Origin: an uncultured Chloroflexia bacterium
GTDB taxonomy: Bacteria; Chloroflexota; Dehalococcoidia; Tepidiformales; Tepidiformaceae
DNA: 64,000 nt
Assembly: GCA_963797735.1 (NCBI GenBank)
Contig: CAWCQJ010000005.1
Coordinates: 4,812-68,811 of the forward strand
Direction: 5' to 3'
Shown: piece after piece, positions 36,707 through 49,567 of the stretch
How positions within the stretch are numbered: position 1 is the stretch's first letter
How the letters are laid out: every line of letters starts with the position of its first letter
Notes under the pieces: generated by a model
What the model was told of the DNA's origin: nothing
The model's input: only the letters and a program-made list of their open reading frames with translations
Database searches by the model: none
Translations under genes and position numbers: made by a program

Positions 36707-37108
36707 CTAGCCCGACTTCTTGGCCGCCAGCCGCTGCTCGAATCGGGGGCGGTCGACGACGAAGCGCTGATGCGTGCCGTTGCCAACCTCGTCGACGCCA
36801 TCGGTCGCAGTCCAGGTGAAGTCGAGCTTGCGCCCTTCGAGAGCGGCTAACGTAACCGTCGCGGTGACCGTCAGGCCTTCAGGCGTGGCGGCCGTGTGAT
36901 TGATGACAATCTGCGCGCCGACGGTCATTTGGTCGGCCGCGAGGTGCTTGCCTACCCATTCCGCGGCGGTCTTTTCGACAAGGGCGCCGAGAGCCGGTGT
37001 GCTGAAGACGTCGGGCGTGCCCGAAACAATCTTGCTCGCGAAATGTTCCGGCGCCGCGACTACCGAGAGCGTCGCCGTCATGCCGGGCTTAAGGTCTTCG
37101 AGTGCCAT
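36707..37108 (-). CDS. hotdog-fold thioesterase
   Basis: 133 aa with VFSTPALGALVEKTAAEWV...INHTAATPEGLTV, similar to fluoroacetyl-CoA-thioesterase-like proteins. ATG 37108 avoids overlap with rnpB. Confidence 0.7.
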   Translation of the reverse strand: MALEDLKPGMTATLSVVAAPEHFASKIVSGTPDVFSTPALGALVEKTAAEWVGKHLAADQMTVGAQIVINHTAATPEGLTVTATVTLAALEGRKLDFTWTATDGVDEVGNGTHQRFVVDRPRFEQRLAAKKSG

Positions 37109-37138
37109 AGATCCCCTCCAGTGGGGAGCCATGATAGA

Positions 37139-37516
37139 GGTTCAGCGGGCCTGTAAGCCGGATTCTGTCCAACTTCCCGGCAAGCCGAGAAGCCTGTGTG
37201 ACCATTTCTCTCGACGCCGCATCGCTGCGGCGCTCTAGCAGCCAACCCGGGAGTGATAACGGGGCGGGCACCCCTTCTCCCCTATTTGGCCTTGCTCCGG
37301 GTGGGGTTTTCACGGCCGCCCTGTCGCCAGGACGCCGGTGCGCTCTTACCGCACCATTTCACCCTTAGAGTTCGAGCAAGCCCGAACGTCCGGTATGTTT
37401 CTGTTGCACTTTCCGTCGGCTCGCGCCGCCCAGGCGTTACCTGGCACCCTGCCCGGTGGAGTCCGGACTTTCCTCTACGGCCGCAAGGACCGCAGCGATC
37501 ACCCAGCCCGCTGAAC
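37139..37516 (-). ncRNA. rnpB: RNase P RNA, bacterial type A
   Basis: The minus strand contains GAGGAAAGTCCGGACTCCACCGGGCAGGGTGCCAGGTAACGCCTGGG, ACAGAAACATACCGGACG, GGTGAAATGGTGCGGTAAGAGCGCACC and CCCGGAGCAAGGCCAAATAGGGG. P1 pairs CAGCGGGCTGG with CAGGCCCGCTG. Ends are approximate (within about 5 nt). Confidence 0.92.
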
Positions 37517-37562
37517 AATTTGATTGTCGGGGTCAGGGTGCCGGTTGTCGATGAAACGTGCT

Positions 37563-38045
37563 TCAGTCCAGGGCCGGGGGCTGGTTGAAGCGCTCGTAGA
37601 TCAGATCGGCTTCTTTCGAAAGCAAGTCTCGCAGCGTTTGCAGCATCCGTTCTACGTCCGTACGAATCGTGGATATACCGTGGAGATCGCCGGCCTCAAC
37701 CCTTGCCACTTCAATCTGAAGGTCAACGACTTCGGATTCGATCCGCCGCAGTTGAGCCGCGATCTGCCTGAGTCTCGCGTGGCTCCAGGGTGCATCGCGG
37801 AGAATTTCGGCGTAGAGGCCAACCGGACCTTCTACTTCGAGCCGGTGGTCGCGGAACGCTGCCAGTGCCCTGGATAGCTCGGTGCTCACCGCTTCGGCCC
37901 AACGCCGTTCGCGCATTGGTTGCGGACGTCGAAGCGCAGCCAAGAGGTGGTCCTGTGCGGTGAGCAGCCCATCCTGAGTCTGTTTGGCGCTCTGTACCGC
38001 TGATTCTTGTCCTCGATCCATCGTCGAGGCCTGTCGTGTTTCCAT
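37563..38045 (-). CDS. hypothetical helical protein
   Basis: 160-aa ORF (alternative ATG at 38021). All-helical and charged. No motif recognised. Confidence 0.5.
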   Translation of the reverse strand: METRQASTMDRGQESAVQSAKQTQDGLLTAQDHLLAALRRPQPMRERRWAEAVSTELSRALAAFRDHRLEVEGPVGLYAEILRDAPWSHARLRQIAAQLRRIESEVVDLQIEVARVEAGDLHGISTIRTDVERMLQTLRDLLSKEADLIYERFNQPPALD

Positions 38046-38117
38046 GACGGTTCACCTCACAATGAAGATTGGGACTCAGATCGTAGTAAAGCGGTCGGAC
38101 CGTTTCAATGTTGGTTC

Positions 38118-38486
38118 TTAGGTCGGAACGTGTGTCGTTGTGACCTCGCAAAGCACTTTGTCCCCGTCGCCGAGAATCTCGCTTCGGATGACGGTGATCC
38201 GCCGCCCAACGCGAACCGGCCGCGAGACCACGCGGATGGTGCCGCCCTGTTGATTGGCAAGCATGACGGCGTGGAGGTCGACGCCGACCATGAACTTTCG
38301 TTCGCCCGTCTTCTCGAAATAGGCCCGGTTCGCTGCCCCGGTGGATGCGTTGTCGGCCATGGTGAGGAAGACGCCACCGTTGATGTTGCCGGTCGGGTTC
38401 AGGTGGTGTGGTTGGAGTTCGACCGTCGCGCTGGCCGCGCCATCGACCTGGTGGTGCTTCATCCCGATGTATTCGTCGAAGGTCAT
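38118..38486 (-). CDS. PaaI-family (hotdog) thioesterase
   Basis: LNPTGNINGGVFLTMADNASG-type motif. ATG 38486 avoids overlap with polA. Confidence 0.75.
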   Translation of the reverse strand: MTFDEYIGMKHHQVDGAASATVELQPHHLNPTGNINGGVFLTMADNASTGAANRAYFEKTGERKFMVGVDLHAVMLANQQGGTIRVVSRPVRVGRRITVIRSEILGDGDKVLCEVTTTHVPT

Positions 38487-38508
38487 ATGCGTCTCCTGTG
38501 CGGCATGG

Positions 38509-41302
<2,794 letters not shown>

Positions 41303-41313
<11 letters not shown>

Positions 41314-41944
41314 CCTTCGTGCCGGCGAGCCAATCCCAGGGCGAACGGCCGTTGGCGCAAAGCATCCAAAGCGCCACCGCGACGGCCCCGACGGCCATAA
41401 AGGGCAGTATTGCGAAGGGCGAAAATGAGACTGCGAAAATAGTGATCGGAATGCCTACCCAAAGGCATACCTGCTGAAGTACGTACCGAGAAATGGACTG
41501 GAAAATCGTGATGGGGTTCTCATCCATATCGACGATTTGCAGGCCAACCAGCCGCTTGCCGGGTGTTCCCTGCCATCTGGTGGCTGGAAACACCACGAAA
41601 TACCCCGTTTGGACGACGAGCAGCGGGAGGGTTATCCACCAGTCGATGTGGTATTGGCCGTCGGATGTGACTCTCATGCTCGAGCCGAACGCGGCAACAA
41701 CCGCCCACCCGAATAGCCCGAGAATCGTTGCGTCGACCAGGAACGCAAGCCCTCTGCCAAGCCTGCCAGCACCGAGGACGACGTCTCTGCGAGGTGACGT
41801 GTCCAATGCGACCCAATGCGGGACGCCGGCCGGTGCGACCTGAAGGCGGTCGGAGGCGGCAACAGTGGGGCGAATCACTTCGCCACATGAGAGGCAGACC
41901 CGCGCCTCGTCGCGCAGTTTCGAACCACAGGCGCTGCATTCCAT
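41303..41944 (-). CDS. RDD-family membrane protein with an N-terminal zinc ribbon
   Basis: MECSACGSKLRDEARVCLSCG, followed by the TM segments of an RDD domain. Confidence 0.7.
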
Positions 41945-42024
41945 TCCAATCGCTCCTGAAATAAGAATCGGCAATAAGGGCTTGCGCATTCAGGGATCGT
42001 ACTCGGTATGGCAGATTGCCAATG

Positions 42025-42044
42025 TGGTAGAATGCCAATATGGC
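42025..42044 (+). promoter_or_regulatory. extended -10 promoter (TGgTAGAAT) and TGCCA-N3-TGGCA operator at the antitoxin start
   Basis: TGgTAGAAT at 42025-42033 lies only 6 nt before the ATG at 42040, which implies a leaderless or near-leaderless mRNA. The inverted repeat TGCCAATATGGCA (42032-42044) spans the ATG. Confidence 0.45.
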
Positions 42045-42324
42045 AATTCGGGTTTCGATGAATAAGACCGGCCGGATCACACTTCCAGCTTCGATCCGGA
42101 AGATCTTAGGGCTCGATGGTGAAGCTGAATTCGAAGTTGAGCAGCTTCCGGGAGAGGAAGGTTTCGTGCTGCGACCAGTGGTGGTGATGCGACGGGAAGA
42201 TGCCTGGGCGTACACGACCGAACACCGAGAGCGGCTCAAAGAAGCTCATGAGGATGTGCGCGAGGGCAGAGTGCGCAGCGTGACTGAGGCCGAACTAGAT
42301 GAGTTGCTCAAAGGTCGCGAGTGA
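42040..42324 (+). CDS. AbrB/MazE/SpoVT-family antitoxin
   Basis: MNKTGRITLPASIRKILGL is a swapped-hairpin motif. 4-nt overlap with the toxin gene. Confidence 0.75.
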   Translation: MAIRVSMNKTGRITLPASIRKILGLDGEAEFEVEQLPGEEGFVLRPVVVMRREDAWAYTTEHRERLKEAHEDVREGRVRSVTEAELDELLKGRE

Positions 42325-42596
42325 GCGACTACCTTCCGACGCTCAGGCTGTCGAGACGGTTCACGGCAGATCTTCTCGACAACCGGCTGACGGCCTCCGA
42401 GCGTAGCGCCGTCAAGAAGGCCCTGGAATTGCTCGATAGCAACGAACAGCATCCTTCCTTACGCATTCATCGACTCGAAGGGGATCCCGAGGGCAGCTGG
42501 ACCGCTTACGTTACGATGAAGGTCCGCATCACCTTCCGGCGCGAAGCGGGCGGATTGAAACAATTGCTCACGTTGACCAAACACTACGATCGCTGA
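42321..42596 (+). CDS. type II toxin, RelE/ParE-superfamily-like
   Basis: 91 aa with HPSLRIHRLEGDPEGSWTAYVTMKVRITFR, a typical toxin core. Confidence 0.6.
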   Translation: MSDYLPTLRLSRRFTADLLDNRLTASERSAVKKALELLDSNEQHPSLRIHRLEGDPEGSWTAYVTMKVRITFRREAGGLKQLLTLTKHYDR

Positions 42597-42631
42597 TTCG
42601 CGTGTTTGAGCCCGGGAAACAGGAGCCACCT

Positions 42632-43784
42632 ATGAACTTCCGATTCACTCCCGAACAGTCCGCATTCCAGCAAGAGGTCACCGAATTCATCGACCACGGT
42701 CTGCCGGCCGGTTGGAACGAGGATCATGGCTCGCTCGAGGCGGGACTCGTGGTTGAACGCGAAATAATGACGCGACTGGCGGCGAAGCATTGGCTGGCGC
42801 TGCCGTGGCCGACGGAGTTCGGCGGGCTCGGCGCTTCCCCGATGCAGCAGCTCATTTTCAACGAGCAGATGGCGTATCACGGGGTGCCAGGCACGGTGAA
42901 TATGGGCGTTGCATGGGTTGGTCCGGTGGTGATGCTGTACGGCCGCGACGACCAGAAGCAGCAGTACCTTTCGCGCATCGCCGACGGCACGGACCTCTGG
43001 TGCACGCTCTACAGCGAACCCGGGGCCGGTAGCGACCTGGCGGCGATGCAGACCCGCGCGGTGCGCGATGGCGACGACTACATCATCAATGGGCAGAAGA
43101 TCTGGACAACGTTCGGGCACTATGCCGACTGGGGTTGGCTTGCGGCGCGCACCGACCCCGATGTGCCGAAGCACAAGGGACTCTCGACGTTCGCCATCAA
43201 GATGGACACGCCGGGAATCACGGTTCGGCCGCTCGTGAACATGGCGGGAACGCACGAGTTCAACGAAATCTTCTTCGAAGACGTCCGCGTGCCGGCGGCG
43301 AACCTTGTCGGTGAGGAAAACCGTGGTTGGTACAACGTAGCGGTCGGTCTCGACTTCGAGCGCTCGTCGATCGGGGCTACTTCGAACTCACGGCGGCAGG
43401 TGGACGACCTGGTCGCGTATCTCAGGGCACAGCCGAACAAGCTGGATCGCGCAGTTGTGAACCGCCTCGTTGAGGAAGCGATCAGCGTCGCGCTCCTTCG
43501 GAACATGGCGTATTACATCGCCTCGCAGCAGGAAAAGACTGGCATCGCGCCAACACGCGAGTCCCAGATGGCGAAAGCTCTTCGGCGCCGAGCTGCAGCA
43601 GCGGATCGCGGCAACGGCCGTGCAGATTTTCGGGATGGAGGGCCAGGCGGCCCGGGCCAGCTCGAAGGCTGAGCCCTACCAATACTCATTGTTGCGAAGC
43701 GTCGCGAACACGATCGAGGGCGGGACCAGTGAAATCCAGCGTTCAGTGATTGCAACACGCGGGCTGGGGCTGCCCCGGGAATGA
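42632..43784 (+). pseudogene. acyl-CoA dehydrogenase, one frameshift
   Basis: Pieces 42632-43576 and 43575-43784 join as ...ESQMAK/LFGAELQQRIAATAVQIFG...IEGGTSEIQRSVIATRGLGLP. The junction is at the AAA run 43574-43576. Confidence 0.88.
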
Positions 43785-43973
43785 CTCAGGCTCGTTCGAC
43801 TTATGTTGGTTAGTTCACGGATTGACTCCCACTAGCGTGGCAAACTGGGATCGAAGGGTGACTCTCAGAACGCTGTTCATTGAGTTACCCAACATCGTTC
43901 TCGACCGGCCTCGACCGGCTTCTCCGAAACTAGATCGGGAAACAGGTCTGATCGCTTTGATCTAGGAGCCCCA

Positions 43974-44858
43974 ATGACCGCCGCCATCACCACTCGAAAC
44001 CTCACCAAGGAGTTTGGCGAGCTCCGCGCGGTCGACAACCTCGATTTGCGGGTGGAGCGCGGCGAGATCTTCGGGTTTCTCGGGCCGAACGGCGCGGGCA
44101 AAACCACAACGATCCGCATGCTCCTGGACTTCATTCGGCCCACTTCAGGCACTTCGGAAGTACTTGGCGGGAGCGGCGCGGACCCGGCGGTTCGCCGAAA
44201 ACTCGGGTATCTGCCAGCGGACCTGAATCTAAATCGCCGGTATTCCGGCGAAACCACCTTGAATTACCTGGGGAGCCTGCGAGGCGGTTTCGACGAGCCG
44301 TTCGCGAGAGAACTCGCCGACCGGTTTCATCTCGACCTCAGTCGACCCTTTGGTGAACTTTCGACGGGCAATCGCCGAAAAATCGGCATCGTCCAGGCGT
44401 TCATGCACCACCCGGAACTTCTGATTCTCGACGAACCAACATCCGGTCTGGACCCCCTGCTACAGGATGAATTCCAGGAACTGGTTCGAAATACGGCGAA
44501 GAACGGCGCGACCGTGTTCCTCTGCTCTCATGCGCTCCCGGAAGTTGAGGCGTTGGCGGATCGGGTGGCGATCATCCGCGCGGGAAAGCTCGCGACTGTC
44601 GCCCGGATCGATGAACTTCGCACACGTGCGCGGCACCGAATGTTGCTGGTGATTGAGGGCGAGTTCGATGCTGGCGACTTCCGGCGATTGGCGGGAGTCA
44701 TCAGTGCCGAAGCGAGCGGACAGAAGCTGGAGGTCGTGGTCGAAGGAAGCGTGGATGCGGTGGTGAAACAGGCGGCGCAGCTCACGGTTACGCGCCTCGA
44801 CACACCTGGCGACGACCTCGCGGAGATCTTCCGGGCATTTTACGAAGGTGATGAATGA
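43974..44858 (+). CDS. ABC transporter ATP-binding protein
   Basis: GFLGPNGAGKTT, LSTGNRRKI, LLILDEPTSGLD. Confidence 0.88.
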   Translation: MTAAITTRNLTKEFGELRAVDNLDLRVERGEIFGFLGPNGAGKTTTIRMLLDFIRPTSGTSEVLGGSGADPAVRRKLGYLPADLNLNRRYSGETTLNYLGSLRGGFDEPFARELADRFHLDLSRPFGELSTGNRRKIGIVQAFMHHPELLILDEPTSGLDPLLQDEFQELVRNTAKNGATVFLCSHALPEVEALADRVAIIRAGKLATVARIDELRTRARHRMLLVIEGEFDAGDFRRLAGVISAEASGQKLEVVVEGSVDAVVKQAAQLTVTRLDTPGDDLAEIFRAFYEGDE

Positions 44859-45661
44859 CGATCTTCCGCCGATTCGTCATCGACCGATGGCGGGCAGATG
44901 TCTGGTGGGCCATTGGCATCGTCGCCATGATCGTCGCGAACATGGCGTTCTTTCCGGGGATCAAGGGTCAGGCGGAACTCGATAAGACCGTGGCCGACCT
45001 GCCGCCCGCGCTGAAGGCGATGTTTGGCATCGAGTCGGGAATTTCGATTGGTTCGGCGGCGGGCTACATCCAGGCGCAGGTCTTTTCCTCGCTGATGCCG
45101 ATCCTTCTGCTGGTGCTTGCGATCGGGCTCGGTTCGGGGGCGGTGGGCGGAAGTGAAGAAGACGGCTCGTTGGAATTTCTCCTGGCGCAGCCGGTTTCGC
45201 GCCGTACGATTTTGTTCGAGCGCGGCCTGGGCATGATGGCAGTGCTAGCCCTTCACACGATCGTCCTGACCGCTGCGATGTTTGCAATTTGTCCCATGTT
45301 CGGCGCGCTCGATGGCGTGGATTTGGCCGGCATGGCCGCGGAGTGCATCGCTTGTGGTGCGCTCGCGATGCTTCATGCCGGGGTGGCCTTTAGCGTGGGA
45401 GCTTGGACTGGGCGGCGCACTCCAGCGATAGCTATCGCCAGTGCGGTCGCGGCGGCTGGATATATGGCGCTTGGGCTGTTCTCCGCGATCGACGCGCCCG
45501 TTGCCTTGCGGTACCTGACGCCGTGGTACTGGTTCCTGCGTGAGAACCTGATGGTCAGTGGGGCAAATTTGATCGCATTCCTCCCGGCGCTGGCGTTGGC
45601 GGTTGTCGTGACCGCTGTGGCCCTGCCCGTTTTCGCGCGACGGGACATTCGCGGCAAGTGA
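44855..45661 (+). CDS. ABC-2 type transporter permease
   Basis: 268-aa polytopic membrane ORF with a 4-nt overlap with the ATPase. Confidence 0.75.
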   Translation: MTIFRRFVIDRWRADVWWAIGIVAMIVANMAFFPGIKGQAELDKTVADLPPALKAMFGIESGISIGSAAGYIQAQVFSSLMPILLLVLAIGLGSGAVGGSEEDGSLEFLLAQPVSRRTILFERGLGMMAVLALHTIVLTAAMFAICPMFGALDGVDLAGMAAECIACGALAMLHAGVAFSVGAWTGRRTPAIAIASAVAAAGYMALGLFSAIDAPVALRYLTPWYWFLRENLMVSGANLIAFLPALALAVVVTAVALPVFARRDIRGK

Positions 45662-45788
45662 AACCTCCGTATGAGGACAAACCCTGCATTACCTTTGTGA
45701 AGAAACCGACAGAATGCCGTAAGAACCCCTCAAGCTGGGGGTGTCACCTGCCGTCTACTCAGGTGTAACCCTTTTGGAGGCCCTTCAC

Positions 45789-46094
45789 ATGGTGCAAGAC
45801 AACGAGATACCGGCATCTCTCCCAACGAACGAACCGGTCGCATTCGACGACCGTACCCGCCGCGTGATGGAACTCAAAAAACAGATCCGCGAAGGCACGT
45901 ATCAGATCGACAACGAGGCCATCGCGAAGGCAATCCTTCGAGAGTGGAGCTCGGTTGGGGACATTGTCGTCCGCGACGAAGCGACACCCGTTGTAGACAC
46001 GGCCGCAGAACGCAAGGCAATCGGCGCACGTTTTGTCGTGGCGCAGGACGCGCCGGAGACCGAATCCACCTCGGCGGTGGGACAGATCGCCTGA
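45789..46094 (+). CDS. FlgM-like anti-sigma factor
   Basis: RVMELKKQIREGTYQIDNEAIAKAIL matches the C-terminal FlgM signature. ATG at 45789. Confidence 0.55.
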   Translation: MVQDNEIPASLPTNEPVAFDDRTRRVMELKKQIREGTYQIDNEAIAKAILREWSSVGDIVVRDEATPVVDTAAERKAIGARFVVAQDAPETESTSAVGQIA

Positions 46095-46842
46095 TCAGAG
46101 CCTGGCTGCGAGAAACTCCCTGGTGGCGTCGGTGCCTTCCGGCGGCATCTCGGCGTGCAGACCCATATGTGTGTGCATTCGCTTATCCGCCGAGCCGAGC
46201 ATCCCGAAGAGTTCGAACGCGCCATTGCGATCGAATCGTTCGTCGTCCCACTGAACCATGAAGAGCACCGGACAGGTGACGTTGGGGGCGTCGGCCCGAT
46301 GACGGTCGCCAAATCGCCCTCGGATGGCACTGCGGCCTTCGAATCCACAGAGGCCGAGAACTGCAGCTTTTACACGCGGTTCCGCGGCCACGAACGGCAG
46401 GCCGAGCATCGTACCCATGGAGAGGCCCCAGTAACCCACTCGTGATGCATCGATCTCTGGGAGTTGAAGGAGCTGCATCCAGCGTTGCCTTCCAGTCGGC
46501 GACCATCCGGTCGAAGGTGTCGGCACGTTTCCAGAGCGCGATGTAGTCCGGATGACCAGCAACGTCCTCTGTCACGACGATGTTGCCGCGCTCCCCGTGT
46601 TCAATCGCATCGATGGCAGCAACCGCCACGCCATTTCGACGGACGAACCGCCGAGCCAGGGCGAGACCGTTCGGGTTGCGCTTCTCGCTCTGACCGCCAT
46701 GGCCGATGAGAACGAGCGGAAGCGGACCTTCCGACGACTCGGGCTTCCAGAAGATCCCGGGGATCCGGTCATTATCTCGAGTCACGGAAAATGGGCGTTC
46801 GCTTACGCCCATCGAGATTTCTGCATCGCCAGTCCAATCCAT
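46095..46842 (-). pseudogene. alpha/beta hydrolase (dienelactone hydrolase-like), one frameshift
   Basis: The N-terminal part (LVLIGHGGQSEKR) and the C-terminal part (GYWGLSMGTMLG nucleophile elbow, ...HTHMGLH) are in different frames. The junction is near 46470-46478. Confidence 0.8.
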
Positions 46843-46973
46843 ATCGTTTTCATCCCCTCGGTTCCGTTTGAAACGGCAGTCTACAGAAGGGATTACCCGC
46901 GTTCTCCAAGTTGTTACCCGGAGTTTCGCGTACGAGGGCGAGAACACGGCAGCGGTTCCGTATACTCGATCCA

Positions 46974-48245
46974 ATGCAGATTGCTGTGATCGGCGCGGGT
47001 GCGGCAGGGCTTACGGCGGCGTTTCGACTCCTCCAGGCCGGACATCGGGTTACCGTTTATGAATCCGAGCCGTACGTCGGCGGGCGAACCCGAAGTGAGC
47101 ACTTTGCGCCCGGGCACTATCTCGATACCGGGGCCGGTTGGCTAACCACGGCTTACACACAGACCCTTCGACTGTTTGAGGAGTTGGGTGAACGCAGCCG
47201 ACTTCACCCAATCAAGGCTTCTGGCCCAAGCGAGCTTCTGGTTGATGGCCAGAGCTACCTGGGCAGTGGCATGCCGCGGACGCCCGGCGGGGATCATCTA
47301 ATTCCCGGCGAGGAACGCGAACGGCTAAGGAACTGGTTGCACTGGCTGGATGGCTATCCGCCCCTCGGATACAGGACCTTCAACGACAACGAAGACGCGA
47401 AACAGCACCTCGCGCCGGTCAGCCCCGCTGCGGAACGCTTCCTGTTCGCGCCGATGTTCGAGGGCCTGTTCGCCCCACTCGAAGAGCAATCGGCAGAGTT
47501 CTTGCGTTCGTGGATAGCGGCGTCACGCGCGAAGTACTTCCAGGTGGAAGACGGCATGGATGCACCGTGGAAACGGATCGCGACCCATATCGACGTCAGG
47601 GTGAACTCACGGGTCGAGATGATTCGCCAGGGCGGCTCGAAATTCGAAGTTGTCGCGAACAGCGCCGGTGCACCGTTCGACGGACTGGTCGTCGCGGTAC
47701 CTCCGCCGGTCGGGCACACCTTCATCACACGCGCGCTCGAGCCGAGATGGGTGGCGCAACTCCACTACGAGACGATCAACTACGCGGGGCAATGTCGGCT
47801 CTACCTGGCAATGCCGGGAAGTGCGCCGGCACGAATCCACAAGCGACCGTTGCCGATGGGATTACTTGCCAGCGTTGAATGGCAATCGGGCTCGGATGGA
47901 GCCTGGGGAGCGTGCCCGCCAGGTTGGCAATGGGCGCTCATCTGCGCGAATGAGGCTTACAACTCCAGGCTCATCGAACTACCCGATTTCGAAGTTTCGG
48001 AACGCCTGTGGAAAGCGGCGGCGGACATCGTTCCAGGACTACCGCCTCTGGACGTGTGGAAGGTTAAGCACGTCGTGAAATGGCGAAATGCGGTCCCGAC
48101 GATGGCTCCGGGCCACTTCTCGCGGATGGCCGCCTATACCCGAAGGCCGCCGATCGTCTTTGCAGGCGATTGGACGCACCAGGCCTGTGTCGAGGGCGCC
48201 GTCCGTTCCGGCGAAGCCGCCGCCGAGGCTTTCGGACCGGGTTAA
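46974..48245 (+). CDS. FAD-dependent oxidoreductase (amine oxidase / protoporphyrinogen oxidase-like)
   Basis: IAVIGAGAAGLTAAFRLLQAGHRVTVYE dinucleotide-binding motif and C-terminal FAGDWT. Confidence 0.8.
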   Translation: MQIAVIGAGAAGLTAAFRLLQAGHRVTVYESEPYVGGRTRSEHFAPGHYLDTGAGWLTTAYTQTLRLFEELGERSRLHPIKASGPSELLVDGQSYLGSGMPRTPGGDHLIPGEERERLRNWLHWLDGYPPLGYRTFNDNEDAKQHLAPVSPAAERFLFAPMFEGLFAPLEEQSAEFLRSWIAASRAKYFQVEDGMDAPWKRIATHIDVRVNSRVEMIRQGGSKFEVVANSAGAPFDGLVVAVPPPVGHTFITRALEPRWVAQLHYETINYAGQCRLYLAMPGSAPARIHKRPLPMGLLASVEWQSGSDGAWGACPPGWQWALICANEAYNSRLIELPDFEVSERLWKAAADIVPGLPPLDVWKVKHVVKWRNAVPTMAPGHFSRMAAYTRRPPIVFAGDWTHQACVEGAVRSGEAAAEAFGPG

Positions 48246-48320
48246 CACCGGGTGCCAGGTTCGCGCCGGGACCTCGGATTCGGCTAGAATTCGGCGGCAT
48301 ATCACCGGAGGAACGTTCAA

Positions 48321-49499
48321 TTGCGATTCCAGGACACTCCCGAACTCGCCGAGTGGCGAGGCACAGTCCGTAAGTTTGTAGACGACCACTGGCGGTTGCC
48401 GGACGTCAAGGACGAAGACGACCCCGGTTTCGAGGGGCCGGTCGACCAGACCCGCACGCAAAAGTGGCTCGACACGCTGGGGGCAAACGGCTGGCTCGCG
48501 CCAGCCTGGCCGAAGAAATACGGCGGGGCCGACATGTCGGTACTCGAGCAGTTCGTGCTGAGCCAGGAGCTCCACGAGGCGGGAGCTCCGACGAGCCGCC
48601 AGATGCTGAACCTCGTTGGGCCGACGATCATGCTCCACGGCACCGAGGAGCAGAAGGCGGAACATTTGCCGCCGATGCTTCGCGGCGAAGTGGCCTGGTG
48701 CCAGGGGTTCAGCGAGCCGGGCTCTGGCTCGGACCTCGCTAGCCTTCAGACGCGGGCCACGCGTGACGGCGACGAATACGTCGTGAACGGGCAGAAGATC
48801 TGGACCTCCGGCGCACACCGCGCGGACTGGATGTTCATCCTGACCCGTACCGACCCGGACGCGCCGAAGCATCGCGGGATCAGCTACCTGCTGCTTGATA
48901 TGAAAGCGCCGGGCGTTAGCGTCCGCCCGCTGATCAACATGGCCAACGGCCACGTCTTCAACGAAGTCTTCTTCGAAGATGTGCGGGTCCCGGTGCGAAA
49001 CCGCATCGGCGAAGAGAACCGTGGCTGGTATGTGGGCACGACGACCCTCGACTTCGAGCGATCGAACATCGCGCGCGCAATCGCCGCGCGAAAGAACGTC
49101 GTTCGGCTTGGCAACTATGTGCGCGCGCGAAAGGCTGAGGGATCGCCTGTCTCCGCGGCGTATCGCCTTGAAGTCGCCGACCGGGCGGTCGAGACCAGCA
49201 TCTGCGAACTGTTGTCGTTCGTAGTGGTATCGATCCAGGCAAAGGGCGGGGTGCCGAACATGGAAGCCTCCATGTGCAAGATGTATGGCTCAGAGCTCTC
49301 ACAGCGCGTAGCACTGACGAAGATGCACCTGACCGGCATGTACGGGCAGGAGCGGAAGCCACGCGGTCTCCAGGAAGAGCACATGATGAACGCTGCGATG
49401 GAGTACATGCAGGTTGTGCCGGCGACGATTGCCGCTGGCTCAAGCGAAATTCAACGCAACATCATTGCTACACGCGGTCTCGGCCTGCCTCGCGGGTAG
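48321..49499 (+). CDS. acyl-CoA dehydrogenase
   Basis: Intact 392 aa with a TTG start and GGAGGA SD. WCQGFSEPGSGSD and AGSSEIQRNIIATRGLGLP. Confidence 0.88.
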   Translation: MRFQDTPELAEWRGTVRKFVDDHWRLPDVKDEDDPGFEGPVDQTRTQKWLDTLGANGWLAPAWPKKYGGADMSVLEQFVLSQELHEAGAPTSRQMLNLVGPTIMLHGTEEQKAEHLPPMLRGEVAWCQGFSEPGSGSDLASLQTRATRDGDEYVVNGQKIWTSGAHRADWMFILTRTDPDAPKHRGISYLLLDMKAPGVSVRPLINMANGHVFNEVFFEDVRVPVRNRIGEENRGWYVGTTTLDFERSNIARAIAARKNVVRLGNYVRARKAEGSPVSAAYRLEVADRAVETSICELLSFVVVSIQAKGGVPNMEASMCKMYGSELSQRVALTKMHLTGMYGQERKPRGLQEEHMMNAAMEYMQVVPATIAAGSSEIQRNIIATRGLGLPRG

Positions 49500-49523
49500 G
49501 AACCAACGACACGAAACGCAACG

Positions 49524-49554
49524 GACGCCCGGCGAAAGCCGGGCGTCTTCATTT
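49524..49554 (+). terminator. intrinsic terminator
   Basis: GACGCCCGGC-GAAA-GCCGGGCGTC followed by TTCATTT. Confidence 0.75.
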
Positions 49555-49567
49555 CGGGGGAATACGT

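Noticed and set aside
45662-45788. Sigma-28 (FliA) promoter upstream of the FlgM-like gene (..GCCGTAAG)
   Set aside because: Only a partial match to GCCGATAA, with no TAAA -35 element at the right spacing.
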